A stretch of DNA of 64,000 nt from assembly GCA_030390025.1 (NCBI GenBank), contig CM059433.1, forward strand, positions 31,622,001-31,686,000, given 5' to 3'. The DNA comes from Squalus acanthias. Its lineage: Eukaryota. Below, piece by piece: positions 24,617-35,166 of this stretch. Each line of letters begins with the position of its first letter. The first letter of the stretch is position 1. The position numbers were made by a program, and so were the translations under genes. Below the pieces are notes generated by a model. It saw nothing but the letters and a program-made list of their open reading frames with translations, had not been told where the DNA came from and searched no databases.

Positions 24617-27600
24617 ATACATAGCAACAGGAGTAGGCCATTCAGCCCCTCAAGCCTATTCTGCCAATCAGTAAGATCATGGCTGATCTGTATCCTAACT
24701 CCATCCACCACCTTTGCTCTATATCCCTTAATACCATTGGCTAGCAAAAACCTATCAATCACAAATTTAAATGCATTAATTGATCTAGCATCTACTGCTT
24801 TTCGTGAGAGAGAGAGTTCCACACTTCTACCACCCTGTGCATGAAGAAGTGTTTCCTAACTTCCCTCCTGAATGGCCTGGCTCTGATTTTAATGTTATGT
24901 CCCCTGGTCCTAGACTCGCCAACCAGCGAAAAAAGTTTCTCTCCACCTATCCTATGAATTCCTTGCAAAATCCTAAATCTCTTTGGACCTCCACTTTTCC
25001 TAGTTTTTCTAAAAAATACTCAGATCTATCCTTTTTTGGTCCAAAGTGGATGACCTCTCACTTACCTGCGTTGAAATCCATCTGCCACAGTTTTGTCCAC
25101 TCACTTAATCTATCAATGCCTCTTTATAATTTTATGCTCCCGTCTACACTACTTACTAAGCCACCAATCTGCGTCATCAGCAAACTTGGATATATGGCTC
25201 TCTATTGCGTTATCTAAGTCATTAATAAATATAGTGAATAGTTGAGGCCCCAGCACAGATCTTTGTGGGTCACCACTAGTCATTTTCTTCCAATTCCAGT
25301 ACATACCCATTATCCCCACTCTCTGTATTCTACCACCTAACCAATCTTCTAACCAGGACAATAATTTGCCTTCAATTCCATGAGCTTTAATTTTAGCTAA
25401 CAGTCTCTGATGTAGAACCTTATCAAATGCCTTCTCAAAATCCATATCAACTACATCCATAGACATTCCCCTGTCTACTACTTTAGTTACTTCCTCAAAA
25501 AATTCAATTAGGTTTGTTAGATATGACCTACCCTCTACAAATCCATGTTGCCTCTCCAATCAGCTCAAGTGCTCAGTCACTCTGTCCTTAATTATAGATT
25601 CCAATAACTTCCCCATAACAGATATTAGACTACAGGTCTATAATTTCCTGGTTTCTCTCTCTCTCACCTTTCTTAAATAATGGAGAAACATTTTCAATTT
25701 TCCAATCTAAAGGGAAAATTCCTGAATACCTGCAGTAATAATTTGTCTTTGTAAGCACACAGCTCCCGTTATTCATGCACGGTAAAGAATCACATGGTCC
25801 AACGCGATCCTCACATAGTTCTCCAGCAAATTCAGCGGTGCAGATACATGCAAAATTCTAGAGAGGAAAAAGAAATGTACGGTACAAAATAAAATATTTC
25901 AGTAATAATAAATGGAACACATAGCTTTTGTAATGCACATAGGAACAGGAGGAGGCCATTTAGCTCCTCGAGCCTGTTCTGCCATTCAATGAGATCATGG
26001 CTGATCTGTGACCTAACTCCATATACTCGCTTTTGGCCCATATCTCTTAATACCTTTGGTTACAGAAAGCTATCAATCTCAGATTTAAAATTAACAATTG
26101 ACCCAGCATCAACTGCCATTTGCAGAAGAGAGTTCCAAGCATCTAGCACCCTTTACGTGTAGAAGTGGTTCCTGAAAGGCCTTGGCTCTAATTTTTAGAA
26201 TATGGGGGTGATTTTGTGAATGGGGGTGCATTGGAGGCGGGACTGCTGCTTGTCGGGTTGATGTCCCGCCTCCATCGATTTGTGGCCAACCCACGCTATT
26301 TTCCCTTGATTGATCTTGTTAAGCCCGCACAGCGGGCTTAGCAGGCCAATTAAGGGAAAGCCGATTGCAGAGCACGTCAACGTATACGTTTCATCTGTCA
26401 AAAATTTTTGACAGATGAATTATCATTGGTGACAGCTCTGTGAAGCTGTCAAACACTGATAATCTCTGTAGTTTGATGAGTTCTTGCATACAAGACCTCA
26501 TCAACCTTCTTTCTTTTACAGAAATGAGATGTTTGTTGCATCTGAGAATGCAACGGCCATCTCTCATCTGTAACACGGAGGTGCGAGACTCTCCGCATAG
26601 AAACCGACTGAAGTCTGCAGGAAGAAACAAAGGTAAGTACACTTTTAAAAACACTTAGGACTTATCTCAGATACACAGCTCGACACTCTTGCACCCATAA
26701 CTTACCTTCACACCACACTTTTGCACCCCCCGGACTCCCGCAGACCCAGTACTCGCCTTGCTGAGCTGGCGGGTTTTGGAGCTTTTGGGAAGCCCGCACT
26801 TGTGAGGGCAAAAACTGGATAATCCTATTTTCTGCCTGTTAACTACCTGTTAACAGGCAGTTAATAGGCTTTAATCCCTTCCCGCCTCCAAGGAGACGGT
26901 ACCTGGCACGAGACGGCAACCCACCTCCTGGGAAGATGGCATGGGGGTGGGTTGGGGGCGGGTTTGGCACCCGCCCCCAAATTCTGCCATTTTCCCGGCA
27001 GTCTCGCCTCCCCAGGGCTGGCAAAATCGCCCCCTTAGTCTCCTAGTCCTAGATTCACCAACCAGCGGAAATAGTTTCTCTCTATCTACCCTATCAGTTC
27101 CTCTTAATAACTTGAAAACTTCAATCAAATCAACCCTTAACCTTCTAAATTCCTGGGAATACAACCCTGGTTTATGTAATATCGCCTCGTAATTTAACCC
27201 TTGGAGTCCAGGTATTATTCTAGTAAATCCACACTGCACCCCCTCCAAGATCAATATAGCCTTCCTAAAGTGTGGTACCCAGAAATGAACACAGTACTCC
27301 AGGTGTGGTCTAACCAGGGCTTTGTGTAGCTGTGGCATGATTTCTAACCCCTTGTATTCTAATCCTCTAGATATAAAGGCCAGCATTCCATTCGCCTTTT
27401 TGATTCTTTTTTGTACCTGTCCATGACATTTTAATGATCTATGTACTTGGACCCTTGAGTCTCTTTGGACCTCCACTGCTTCTAGTTTTTCATCATATTG
27501 AAAGTACCCTGGCTCTATCCCTTTTAGATCCAAAGTGGATGACCTCTCACTTGACTATATTGAAATCAATTTGCCACAGTTTTGCCCATTCACTTAATCT

Positions 27601-28140
27601 ATTAATATCTCTTTGTAATGTCATGCTTACATCTACACTACTTACAATGCTGCCTATCTTTGTGTCATCAAAATCTGGATATGTGGCTCTCTATCTCATC
27701 ATCTAAATCATTAATAAATACAGTGAATATATCCTAATATAATTGCAAAAGTTTTTTGTGTTGATTTTGATATCCCTTACAGGGTTCTTTTCAAACACCC
27801 TTTTTGAAGCTCTTACTATCTGTTTTGTCACCCTTTGCTGTTCTTTGTATCTCTCCCATTTGCCAGGATTTGTGCTATTTTTTGCATTCTTGTATGCTTT
27901 TTCTTTTAGTTTTATGTTGTCCTTTAGCTCCTTAATTGTCCATGGCTGGTTTTTTGGTAGTGGAGCTCTTGCCCCTCAGGGGTATAAAACTGGTGCTGTA
28001 TTACATTAAATTATTTTTTGAACACCTCCCACTGATCTTCTGTTGTTTTACACATTAACAAAATTGTCCTGTTTACTGTGGACAATCTCATCCCGTTGGA
28101 GTCGGCCTTACCTAAATCTAGAATCTTAGTAGCAGCTCCT
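24617..28140 (-). mobile_element. Two degraded CR1 fragments (~24617-25727 and ~25937-28140)
   Basis: ORFs 25149-25559 (AFDKV..SKFADD) and 26871-27533 (RPHLEYCVHFW). Confidence 0.85.
26204..27034. mobile_element. TIR element inserted in a CR1
   Basis: GGGGGTGATTTTG / CAAAATCGCCCCC; CR1 sequence continues on both sides; TSD not clean. Confidence 0.65.
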
Positions 28141-28375
28141 AAGTCCACCGTGCTGTAAACCTGAATATAAAATGAGACTTAATTGTGGCACAGATCAGTG
28201 ATCCTCGAAGATTTTCACACGGTGAAAGGCTGATGGATGGAATCAAACTCCAATAAACCAAGCCTGAGGGAATGTCTTCAGCAAACATTTTTCTCCCCCT
28301 CCATCCTGTGTGGCATGTCACATCTGGCTTTGAGTATACCAGACTGGCAAACATAGAATTACATTGAATTCAGAA

Positions 28376-28502
28376 CTGACGAAAGGTCATCGACCTGAAA
28401 CGTTAACTCTGTTTCTCTCTTCACAGATGCTGCCTGACCTGCTGAGTCTCTCCAGCATTTTCTGTTTTTATTTCAGATTTCCAGCATCTGCAGTACTTTC
28501 TT
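28376..28502 (+). mobile_element. Penelope terminal fragment beginning at a hammerhead core
   Basis: CTGACGA-a-aggtc/atc/gacct-GAAA-cg-TT-aact (28376-28408); reverse-complement match to 2470-2600; the 5' strand of stem I is missing. Confidence 0.8.
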
Positions 28503-28782
28503 TTTTATAAGAATTGCTAATTGGTGTATTAAGAGTGATGTGTATTTGCGCTTGTAAAACAGTGCAAGGCACGGCACAAACAATGATTCAGAAGCTTTTG
28601 CAGGTTGACTCAAGTGGCTTTCTGCAAACCTCCTGAATTCTTCTGTAAAAATGTTCTTAAAGATCTGCAAAGGTATTATGATTTTGCGCAAAGGTGCCTT
28701 CGCATGAGTCAATCGATAGTAGGGACTATCTCACGATACATTCTGTCCTAGCTTGTTAATGTTAGATTGTCTGGAAAGTGAA

Positions 28783-29197
28783 CACGCAGGGGAAGGAGCG
28801 TGCAGGGGGAGGGGTGTGTAGGTGAGGGGCGTGGAGGGGGAGGGGCATGCAGGGGGAGGGGTGTGCAGGGGAAGGGGCGTGCAGGGCTGGGGTGTGCAGG
28901 GGGAGGGATGTGTAGGTGAGGGGCGTGGAAGGGGAGGGGCACACAAGAGGAGGGGCACACAAGGGGAGGGGCGTGCACTGGGAGGGAATGGAGGGGAGTG
29001 GCGTGCATTGGGAGGGGCACACGAGCGGAGGGGCGTGCAGTGGGTGGGGCGCTCGAGGAGAGGGGCATGCAGGGGGAGGGGCGTGCAGGGGGAGAGGTGC
29101 ACAAGGGGAGGGGCATGCAGGGGGAGGGGCACGCAGGGGGTGGGGTGCGCAGGGGGAGGGGCACGCAGGGGGAGGGGTGCGCAGGGGGAGGGGCGCT
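28783..29197 (+). repeat. G-rich minisatellite (~17-19 bp unit, GGGGGAGGGGCRTGCA-like)
   Basis: About 20 degenerate units with runs of 4-5 G. Confidence 0.9.
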
Positions 29198-29539
29198 GCT
29201 TGATGTGCCTGTTCATGTGGTTGCAGAGACCACGTGAAATTGGTGCTGCAAGCTCATTATCATAATTCAGGTGTGCAGCCAGCACTATTCATGGGTTTAG
29301 GTGGTGTTGTCCAGGTGGCGAGTTGCTGAGGTACATCTTGTAGATGGTACACATTGCAGCTACCATGCGCCGGGGGAGGAGGGGTGAATGTTTAAGGTGG
29401 TGGATGGGAAGCCAATTAAGCGGACTGCTTTGTCCTGGATGCTGTCGAGCTTTTTGCGTGTTGTTGCAGCTGCACTCATTCAGGCAGGTGAAGAGTATTC
29501 GATCGCACTCCTGACTTGTGCCTTGTAGGTGGTGGTAGG

Positions 29540-29716
29540 CACTGCGAATGGCCTCAGCATCTGTGGGTTAGGAGGGGTAGAGTTGGCACTGCTGATCGTT
29601 ATCCGGTGATCTCTGCTGAAGGTGTGTCAGTGTGGACATCAGGTAAGGGCAGCATCAGCTTTAATAGTAATGCCCATCTGTTGGAATAGCCTGCTCGCAT
29701 TATCATGGCTCACATT
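29540..29716 (+). mobile_element. Old SINE-like fragment; a related, more complete copy lies at ~57270-57600 (-)
   Basis: Shared cctcagca.c.gtgggtt segment; the 57.5-kb copy has B-box ggtttgattcc on the minus strand. Confidence 0.45.
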
Positions 29717-30919
29717 TAGATGATGTACTTGTATTTCAAAGAATTACACAGAATTTACAGCACAGAAACAGGCTCTTCGACCCAGCTGGTCTATACAGGT
29801 GTTTATGCTCCACACAAGCATCCTCCCATCCCTCTTCATCTAACCCTATCAGCATATCCTTCTATTCCTTCCTCCCTCATGTACTTATCTAGCTTCCCCT
29901 TAAATGCAGCTATTCGCTTCAACTACCCCTTTCGGTAGCAAGCTCCACATTCTAACCACTCTCTGGGTAAAGTTTCTCCTGAATTCCCTATTAGATTTAT
30001 TGGTGACTGTCTTATATTTATGGCCCCTAGTTTTAATCTCCCCCCACAAGTGGAAACAAGTAGAAGCACTTGGGGGTCCTCAACTCAGCCAAGAGTCTAG
30101 AGAGGAAGAGAGGGGACTAAAGTGCAATGAAAACAGGAAGAAAAACAAATCCAACAGTCACGGGGGAGGTCTATTTAACTTTTAACATTCTTCTCCTAAC
30201 TAGTTCTGCTGATTTCTTTGAATATCTCTGTAAGTCAACACTGATGACATTATTGCTGGAACTGGCTAGAAGGAGTTACAGGGTCTGGCAGTGTGAGGAA
30301 AGGGAACAATGCTAGTTTCAACTGCGTGTGTGCGTGTGAGTTAATTCTGTCTCAGCACCGCCTCGAGCTCAGTTACTGCTCCAAAGGTTCTCCCCAGTGA
30401 TATCATTAGCAGTAAATGTTTCAACCACTTCCACTCCCGACATTATTCCACTCAAAGATAAGCAAAAGAATGTTGCAGCTAATAATATTTCTTTTGAAAC
30501 TGCTGTGATATTGAAAGAAAATGCAACAGTGAGGGTCTGTCCTTTTATTTTTGGGGCCTTGGTTTGAATTCAGCCCTGACTGACAAGATACAACATTATT
30601 TCTCTTGTGTTGACTTGTAACCTAGGCTGACAAATGAAACTTCCTCTCTTTTGTACTGGCTGCGAGGCTCTTGAATGATTTGTGCTTGTGTAAACTAAAT
30701 TCCTGAAAGTCTGACGTGTTCCATTCTCCCGCACTAGTAATCCTGACGTTAATGAGAATTAGAATTCAGACAAAGAAATACAGTTAACAACTTCACATTG
30801 ATTGCAATACTTGTTTGTTAATCGGAAATCACTTGTTCTGCTTTATCATTAGCTGGACATCATTTTATATTTTATAGGAGCCGGGAATAACCTTAAAAGC
30901 AAACAGCTCTCAGCCAAAA

Positions 30920-31580
30920 ACAACAATTTGCATTTATATAGTGTTTTTAACATCCAAAAGCGCTTCACAGAGGCATAATCAAACAAAACTTGACGCCGAG
31001 CCAAAGGAGGAGATATTAGGAAGGGTCAAGGAGTTGGGCTTTAAGCAGGGTCTTAAAGGAAGAGAGTGAGTTGGCGAGGTAGGAAGGTTTAGGGAGGAAA
31101 ATCCAGAGAATAGGACCGAGAAGGCTTAAGGCATGGCCTCCAGTTGCTTGGTGAAGGGGGGAGGGGATGTGGAAGAGGCCAGAGTTAGAGGAATGCAGAG
31201 TTCTGGGGAGTTGTAGGAATGGAGGAGGTTACAAAGATGGGGCAGGGTGAGGCCTTGAAGAGATTTCAACATGAGAATTAGAATTTTAAATTGGAGGCTT
31301 TGGGTGATCAGGAGCCAATGTAGGTCAGCAAGTACAAAAAAGGAAATATTTGCAAGGCTATGGGAAAGAGCAGGGGAATGGGACTAATTGGATAGCTCTT
31401 TCACAGGCACAATGAGCCAAATGGCCTCCTGCTGCACAATATGATTCTATAAGGACAGGAGTGATGGGTGAGTGGGACTTGGTGCAGTATAGAATACAGG
31501 CTGCAGAGTTTTGGATGAGCTGAAGTTGATGGAGGTTGGAGGATGGAAGGCTGGCCAGGATACCCTGGAAGTGTCAAAGG
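30920..31580 (-). mobile_element. L2 3' fragment with a small CR1 tail inserted
   Basis: caacaatttgcatttatatag tail and purine-rich body; CR1 3'UTR at ~31340-31450. Confidence 0.7.
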
Positions 31581-31666
31581 CTCAAGTGGCCTTTGATTAA
31601 TTTAAAGAATTTAATCCTGAGTTATCATTTCTATTTTTTCCCCCTTGCAGGATGAACCACACTTAC

Positions 31667-31860
31667 GTTTATTCCATCAAGGCAAGAACCACCATTCAAG
31701 CAAGGCTCTGAAGAGCACTCATCCACATTGATCTCACAGTTGTGTCCAATGAACCCAGCTGGGCAATCGCAGGCATATCCTGGCATTGTGTTCTGACACA
31801 CTCCTCCATTGAGACATGGCATCAAATCACAGTACCCCGTCATCTCCTCACAAAAGGGCC
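31667..31860 (-). CDS. EYS: Internal coding exon with tandem EGF / calcium-binding EGF repeats; probable eyes shut homolog exon
   Basis: Minus strand reads acceptor tcttttaaAG, then (G)PFCEEMTGYCDLMPCLNGGVCQNTMPGYACDCPAGFIGHNCEINVDECSSEPCLNGGSCLDGIN, then donor GTAAGT (plus acttac 31661-31666). It is 194 nt, phase 1 to 0. The exon call is strong. The EYS assignment relies on recalled similarity to human EYS EGF repeats and on the very long flanking introns; Notch/Crumbs/SVEP1-like genes are not excluded. Confidence 0.75.
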
Positions 31861-31914
31861 CTTTAAAAGACAGTATCACAATTAATTTAAGAGCAGAAAT
31901 TGAAAGCTTAGTAT

Positions 31915-32321
31915 CACGGTGGCATAGTGGTTAGCACTGGTGCCTCACAGCGCCAGGGACCCGGGTTCGAATCTGACCTCGGGTGACTGTCTGTGTGGAG
32001 TTTGCACATTCTCCCCATGTCTGCGTGGGTTTCCTCCGGGTGCTCCGGTTTCCTCCCACAGTCCAAAAATGTGCGGGTTAGGTTGATTTGGCTATGATAA
32101 AAATTGACCCTTAGTGATAGGGGGGGATTAAATATGTGGGGTGATGGGATATGTTAGGGGGAATTAAATACGTGGGGTTACGGGGGTAGGGTGGGATATG
32201 TGTACTGTGGGGATTAAAGCAGGGACAGGGTACTGGATTTGGATGATCAGCCATGATCGTATTGAATGGTGGAGCAGGCTCGACGGGCCGAATGGCCTAC
32301 TCCTGCTCCTTGTTTCTATGT
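31915..32321 (+). mobile_element. HE1-type V-SINE with CR1-derived tail
   Basis: A-box tggcatagtgg, B-box ggttcgaatc, V-domain (gtgtggagtttgcacattctcccc..gggtttcctccgggtgctccggtttcctcccacagtccaaa) and tail gaatggcctactcctgctcc..ttctatgt. Confidence 0.85.
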
Positions 32322-33044
32322 AATACTTTTGTCAATTTTATATCAGCTTTTTTTCTTTCATAACAATCTGCAGAAAGAAGTCTGTGTGACATTTTCAACA
32401 AATCAGTTTCCCCAGACAATATCAAATGAGAGGAGGATAGTTCAGTTTGAAATTCAGGTGCCCTGCATCAGATCAATATAAAAAGCACTTTCATGCAAGA
32501 ATAAATGTCTCCATTAACTGAGTGAGTGGTAAGATACACACTCCCATCGCATGGGCAAATCATGCCTGCTCTGCTTGGCTTATTATAAATGTGCAGGAAT
32601 GTTTTAATAATGATAATTTTTTTGATCATGAAGAATTTAGTCACTAGCTTCAGGTGCACAGTGGTGACCCTTTAAGGTCCAAACAGTAATGTGTGTAACT
32701 GAGAGGCCCAAGAAAAATCCTTATTATGTCTCCACATTCTTGTTGCTGCGTACTCGATCATATGTTCTCCAGCACCCCATCTAATGAAACAGGTGATTTA
32801 TAGTTTATAAATTGTCGTGAGTTGTTATGATCTGGAATGCACTGCCTGAAAGTGTGGTGGAAGCAGATTTAATAATAACTTTCAATAAATTAGATACATA
32901 CTTGAAGGGAAGAAATTGCAGGGTTCTGAAGAAAGAGCAGGGAAGCGGGACTAACTGGACAGTTCTTTCGGCACAGGCACAAAGGGCCGAATGATCTCCT
33001 TCTATGCTGTATGATTCTATGATTTCTATATGTACATTTTTTAG

Positions 33045-33322
33045 TAATGTTGGTCGAGGGATAAATACTGGCCAGCACACCAGGGATAACTTCCCTGTTC
33101 TTCTTCGAAATAGTGCCATAAGATCTTTACATCCAGCCGAGAGGGCAGATGAGGCCTCAGTTTAACATTTAATTGAAAGATGGCACCTCCGACAGTGCAG
33201 CACTCACTCAGTACTGCACTGAAAAGTCAGCCTTGGTTATGAGCTCAAGCTTTTGCAGGGGGGCTTGAACCCACGAACTTCAGACTCAGAGGTGAGAGCA
33301 TTACCAACTGAGCCACGCTGAC
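33045..33322 (-). mobile_element. Deu-domain SINE copy
   Basis: Reverse complement of the 868/56424 family; A-box tggctcagttgg and B-box ggttcaagcc. Confidence 0.75.
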
Positions 33323-34139
33323 TCCTGACTAAAATAAGGAGAGAAGAAAACATGGAAGAAGAAACAGATCATTTTTACCAATCAAGTTCACGTTTACCAC
33401 AGACCATGTACATGAACATTAACATATCCATTTAAGCACCTGGGAGAACGCTCTGCAAAAATATTCCTTGATGCCCAACGGTCATGCATCCCAAGATCTC
33501 CACTTTTCAACCCTGGTCAGCTGCCCTTCATAGACAACACCCTCCTCTCAGCACCATCACACAACCATTGGCCGCAATATTAAAGGAGAGACTAAAAAAC
33601 AGGCCAAGTTCTAAAAGTTTTTTGAGTGTGATAATTGAAGTTTCAAGGCATCTAACCATCATTTATGCACATCAGGCACAGCATGTTTAAGAACCTGCAA
33701 TCAGGGAAGCATTTGAATTTTTGATGTGACATACTGATGCTATAAAAATGCATTCAATGAAACAGAAAATACAGAGCAGGTCTCAGAGCAGATAAATAAA
33801 AATCAAAATTGCTGGAAAAAAAATCACAATAAAACACCAGAAAAATTACTGTTTCCTGCTGCGCCTAAAATTCTGGGCTTAACATTGCACAACCATTTAG
33901 AACCAGTGTAACTGAAGGAAATTTTCTCCTCAGCATGGGGACGGAGCCATTATAATGAGCCAAGCTACGTGTGGACACAAGGATCGATAGATCGGCATAA
34001 AAGATTGAGGAAATTTGAGCGTAGCGTAATTGTATGCGTAACACACTTGCACCTGGGTTTGCTCGATCTTTTCTGCTGGATATTTCCAATTACGCCCCAA
34101 TTACTCCAGGTGCAAATACATAGGAAATTCCGCCACTAT

Positions 34140-35166
34140 CGCTTCAGAGTATTAGCAAAACAACAGCGATGGCGACCTGCACCACAGGGAAGCCCGCTAT
34201 CCTGGCAAAGACACGTGTACGCTTTGCCTGCTTCTCACAATGAACTCCCCTCTTCTGGCATAAAAAAGCGTCTGTCACCTCTCTTATGCAGCAGTGGATG
34301 GCGAACTGGGAGATGTTACAGATGCCACCTGCTCCAGCCTGGAAGGATCCCGACGCAAAGAAATTCAGGGCCACGGTCACCTTCACAGTCACTGGCAGCG
34401 CTGTCCTTGCCCTGGTGTGAGGCTGCAGGTCTGGTTGCAAGAAGTGACAGAGTTCTGTAAGCACCTCCTTCATAAAATGCAGACACCTCACACACTGCTC
34501 CTGGCTCAGGCTGAGGTAAGAGAATTGCTCTCGGAAGACCCTAGGTGGGTAAGGCCTCCTGCTGACAGCCCTTCTCCCCCTCCTACTCCTCTCTTTGCGA
34601 GCAGCTTGTCCTCTTCTTTGCTGCCTCTGCTCCATCTCCCTGTCATGCTGCAGACTAAGGGGAATGACAACTAGAGCCCCCATGACTGGGAGCAAGTGGT
34701 CTGACCTGAATCCTTGAAGTCAGAAGCAAGGCCTTCTCCACTTGCAACACCACCTCCTGTCACCTCACCAACTTTAAACAACTCTGGAAAGCTGCAGACA
34801 CTTCCACAAACTCACACAGAGCCAGTAGAAATTAATCAGCAACTCACCTGAGTGTGGTTGATGATCCCTTTAAATATCGCTGGTCGGGGTCTTGCTGCTG
34901 TTGAGCTGTGCAATTTAACACAGGGTGTTAGCTCCAGCATTGAGGAGAAAAATGGCAGCACTGGCATTAAATCAGCATTACACGCTGATTGATGTCACAA
35001 TCCGCCTAATCTACATACTTCTGGCGCACAATCCCAGCGCTGACGCTAACACCATCACCAAGATGGCGTCCAGCGCGGCCCGCAGAAGAAGTGTGCGCAC
35101 AGCGGCCCGGACGTCATTTTCAACCCAAAAAGGCACCCTTAGTGCTCGCATTTGAATTTTTAGCCC
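34140..35166 (-). mobile_element. Harbinger transposon 5' half with HARBI1-like transposase remnant
   Basis: ORF 34144-34695: MGALVV..RRPYPPRVFREQ..ALPVTVKVTVALNFFASGSFQ..ISQFAIHCCIREVTDA..FARIAGFP; TATA-like tatttaaag at ~34870; TIR GGGCTAAAAATTC. Confidence 0.85.

Noticed and set aside
28731..29285. Pro/Cys-rich and Gly/Arg-rich ORFs in six frames
   Set aside because: Translation of a G-rich minisatellite that lacks stop codons.
31631..31879. 82-aa ORF as a standalone gene
   Set aside because: Non-ATG start; the EGF pattern begins and ends exactly at AG and GT splice sites, so it is an internal exon.
31915..31985. tRNA gene
   Set aside because: The A and B boxes belong to a SINE head that continues into a V-domain; no complete cloverleaf.
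34144..34695. Host HARBI1 gene
   Set aside because: Truncated and frameshifted before the DDE core, and bounded by a TIR; a transposon relic.
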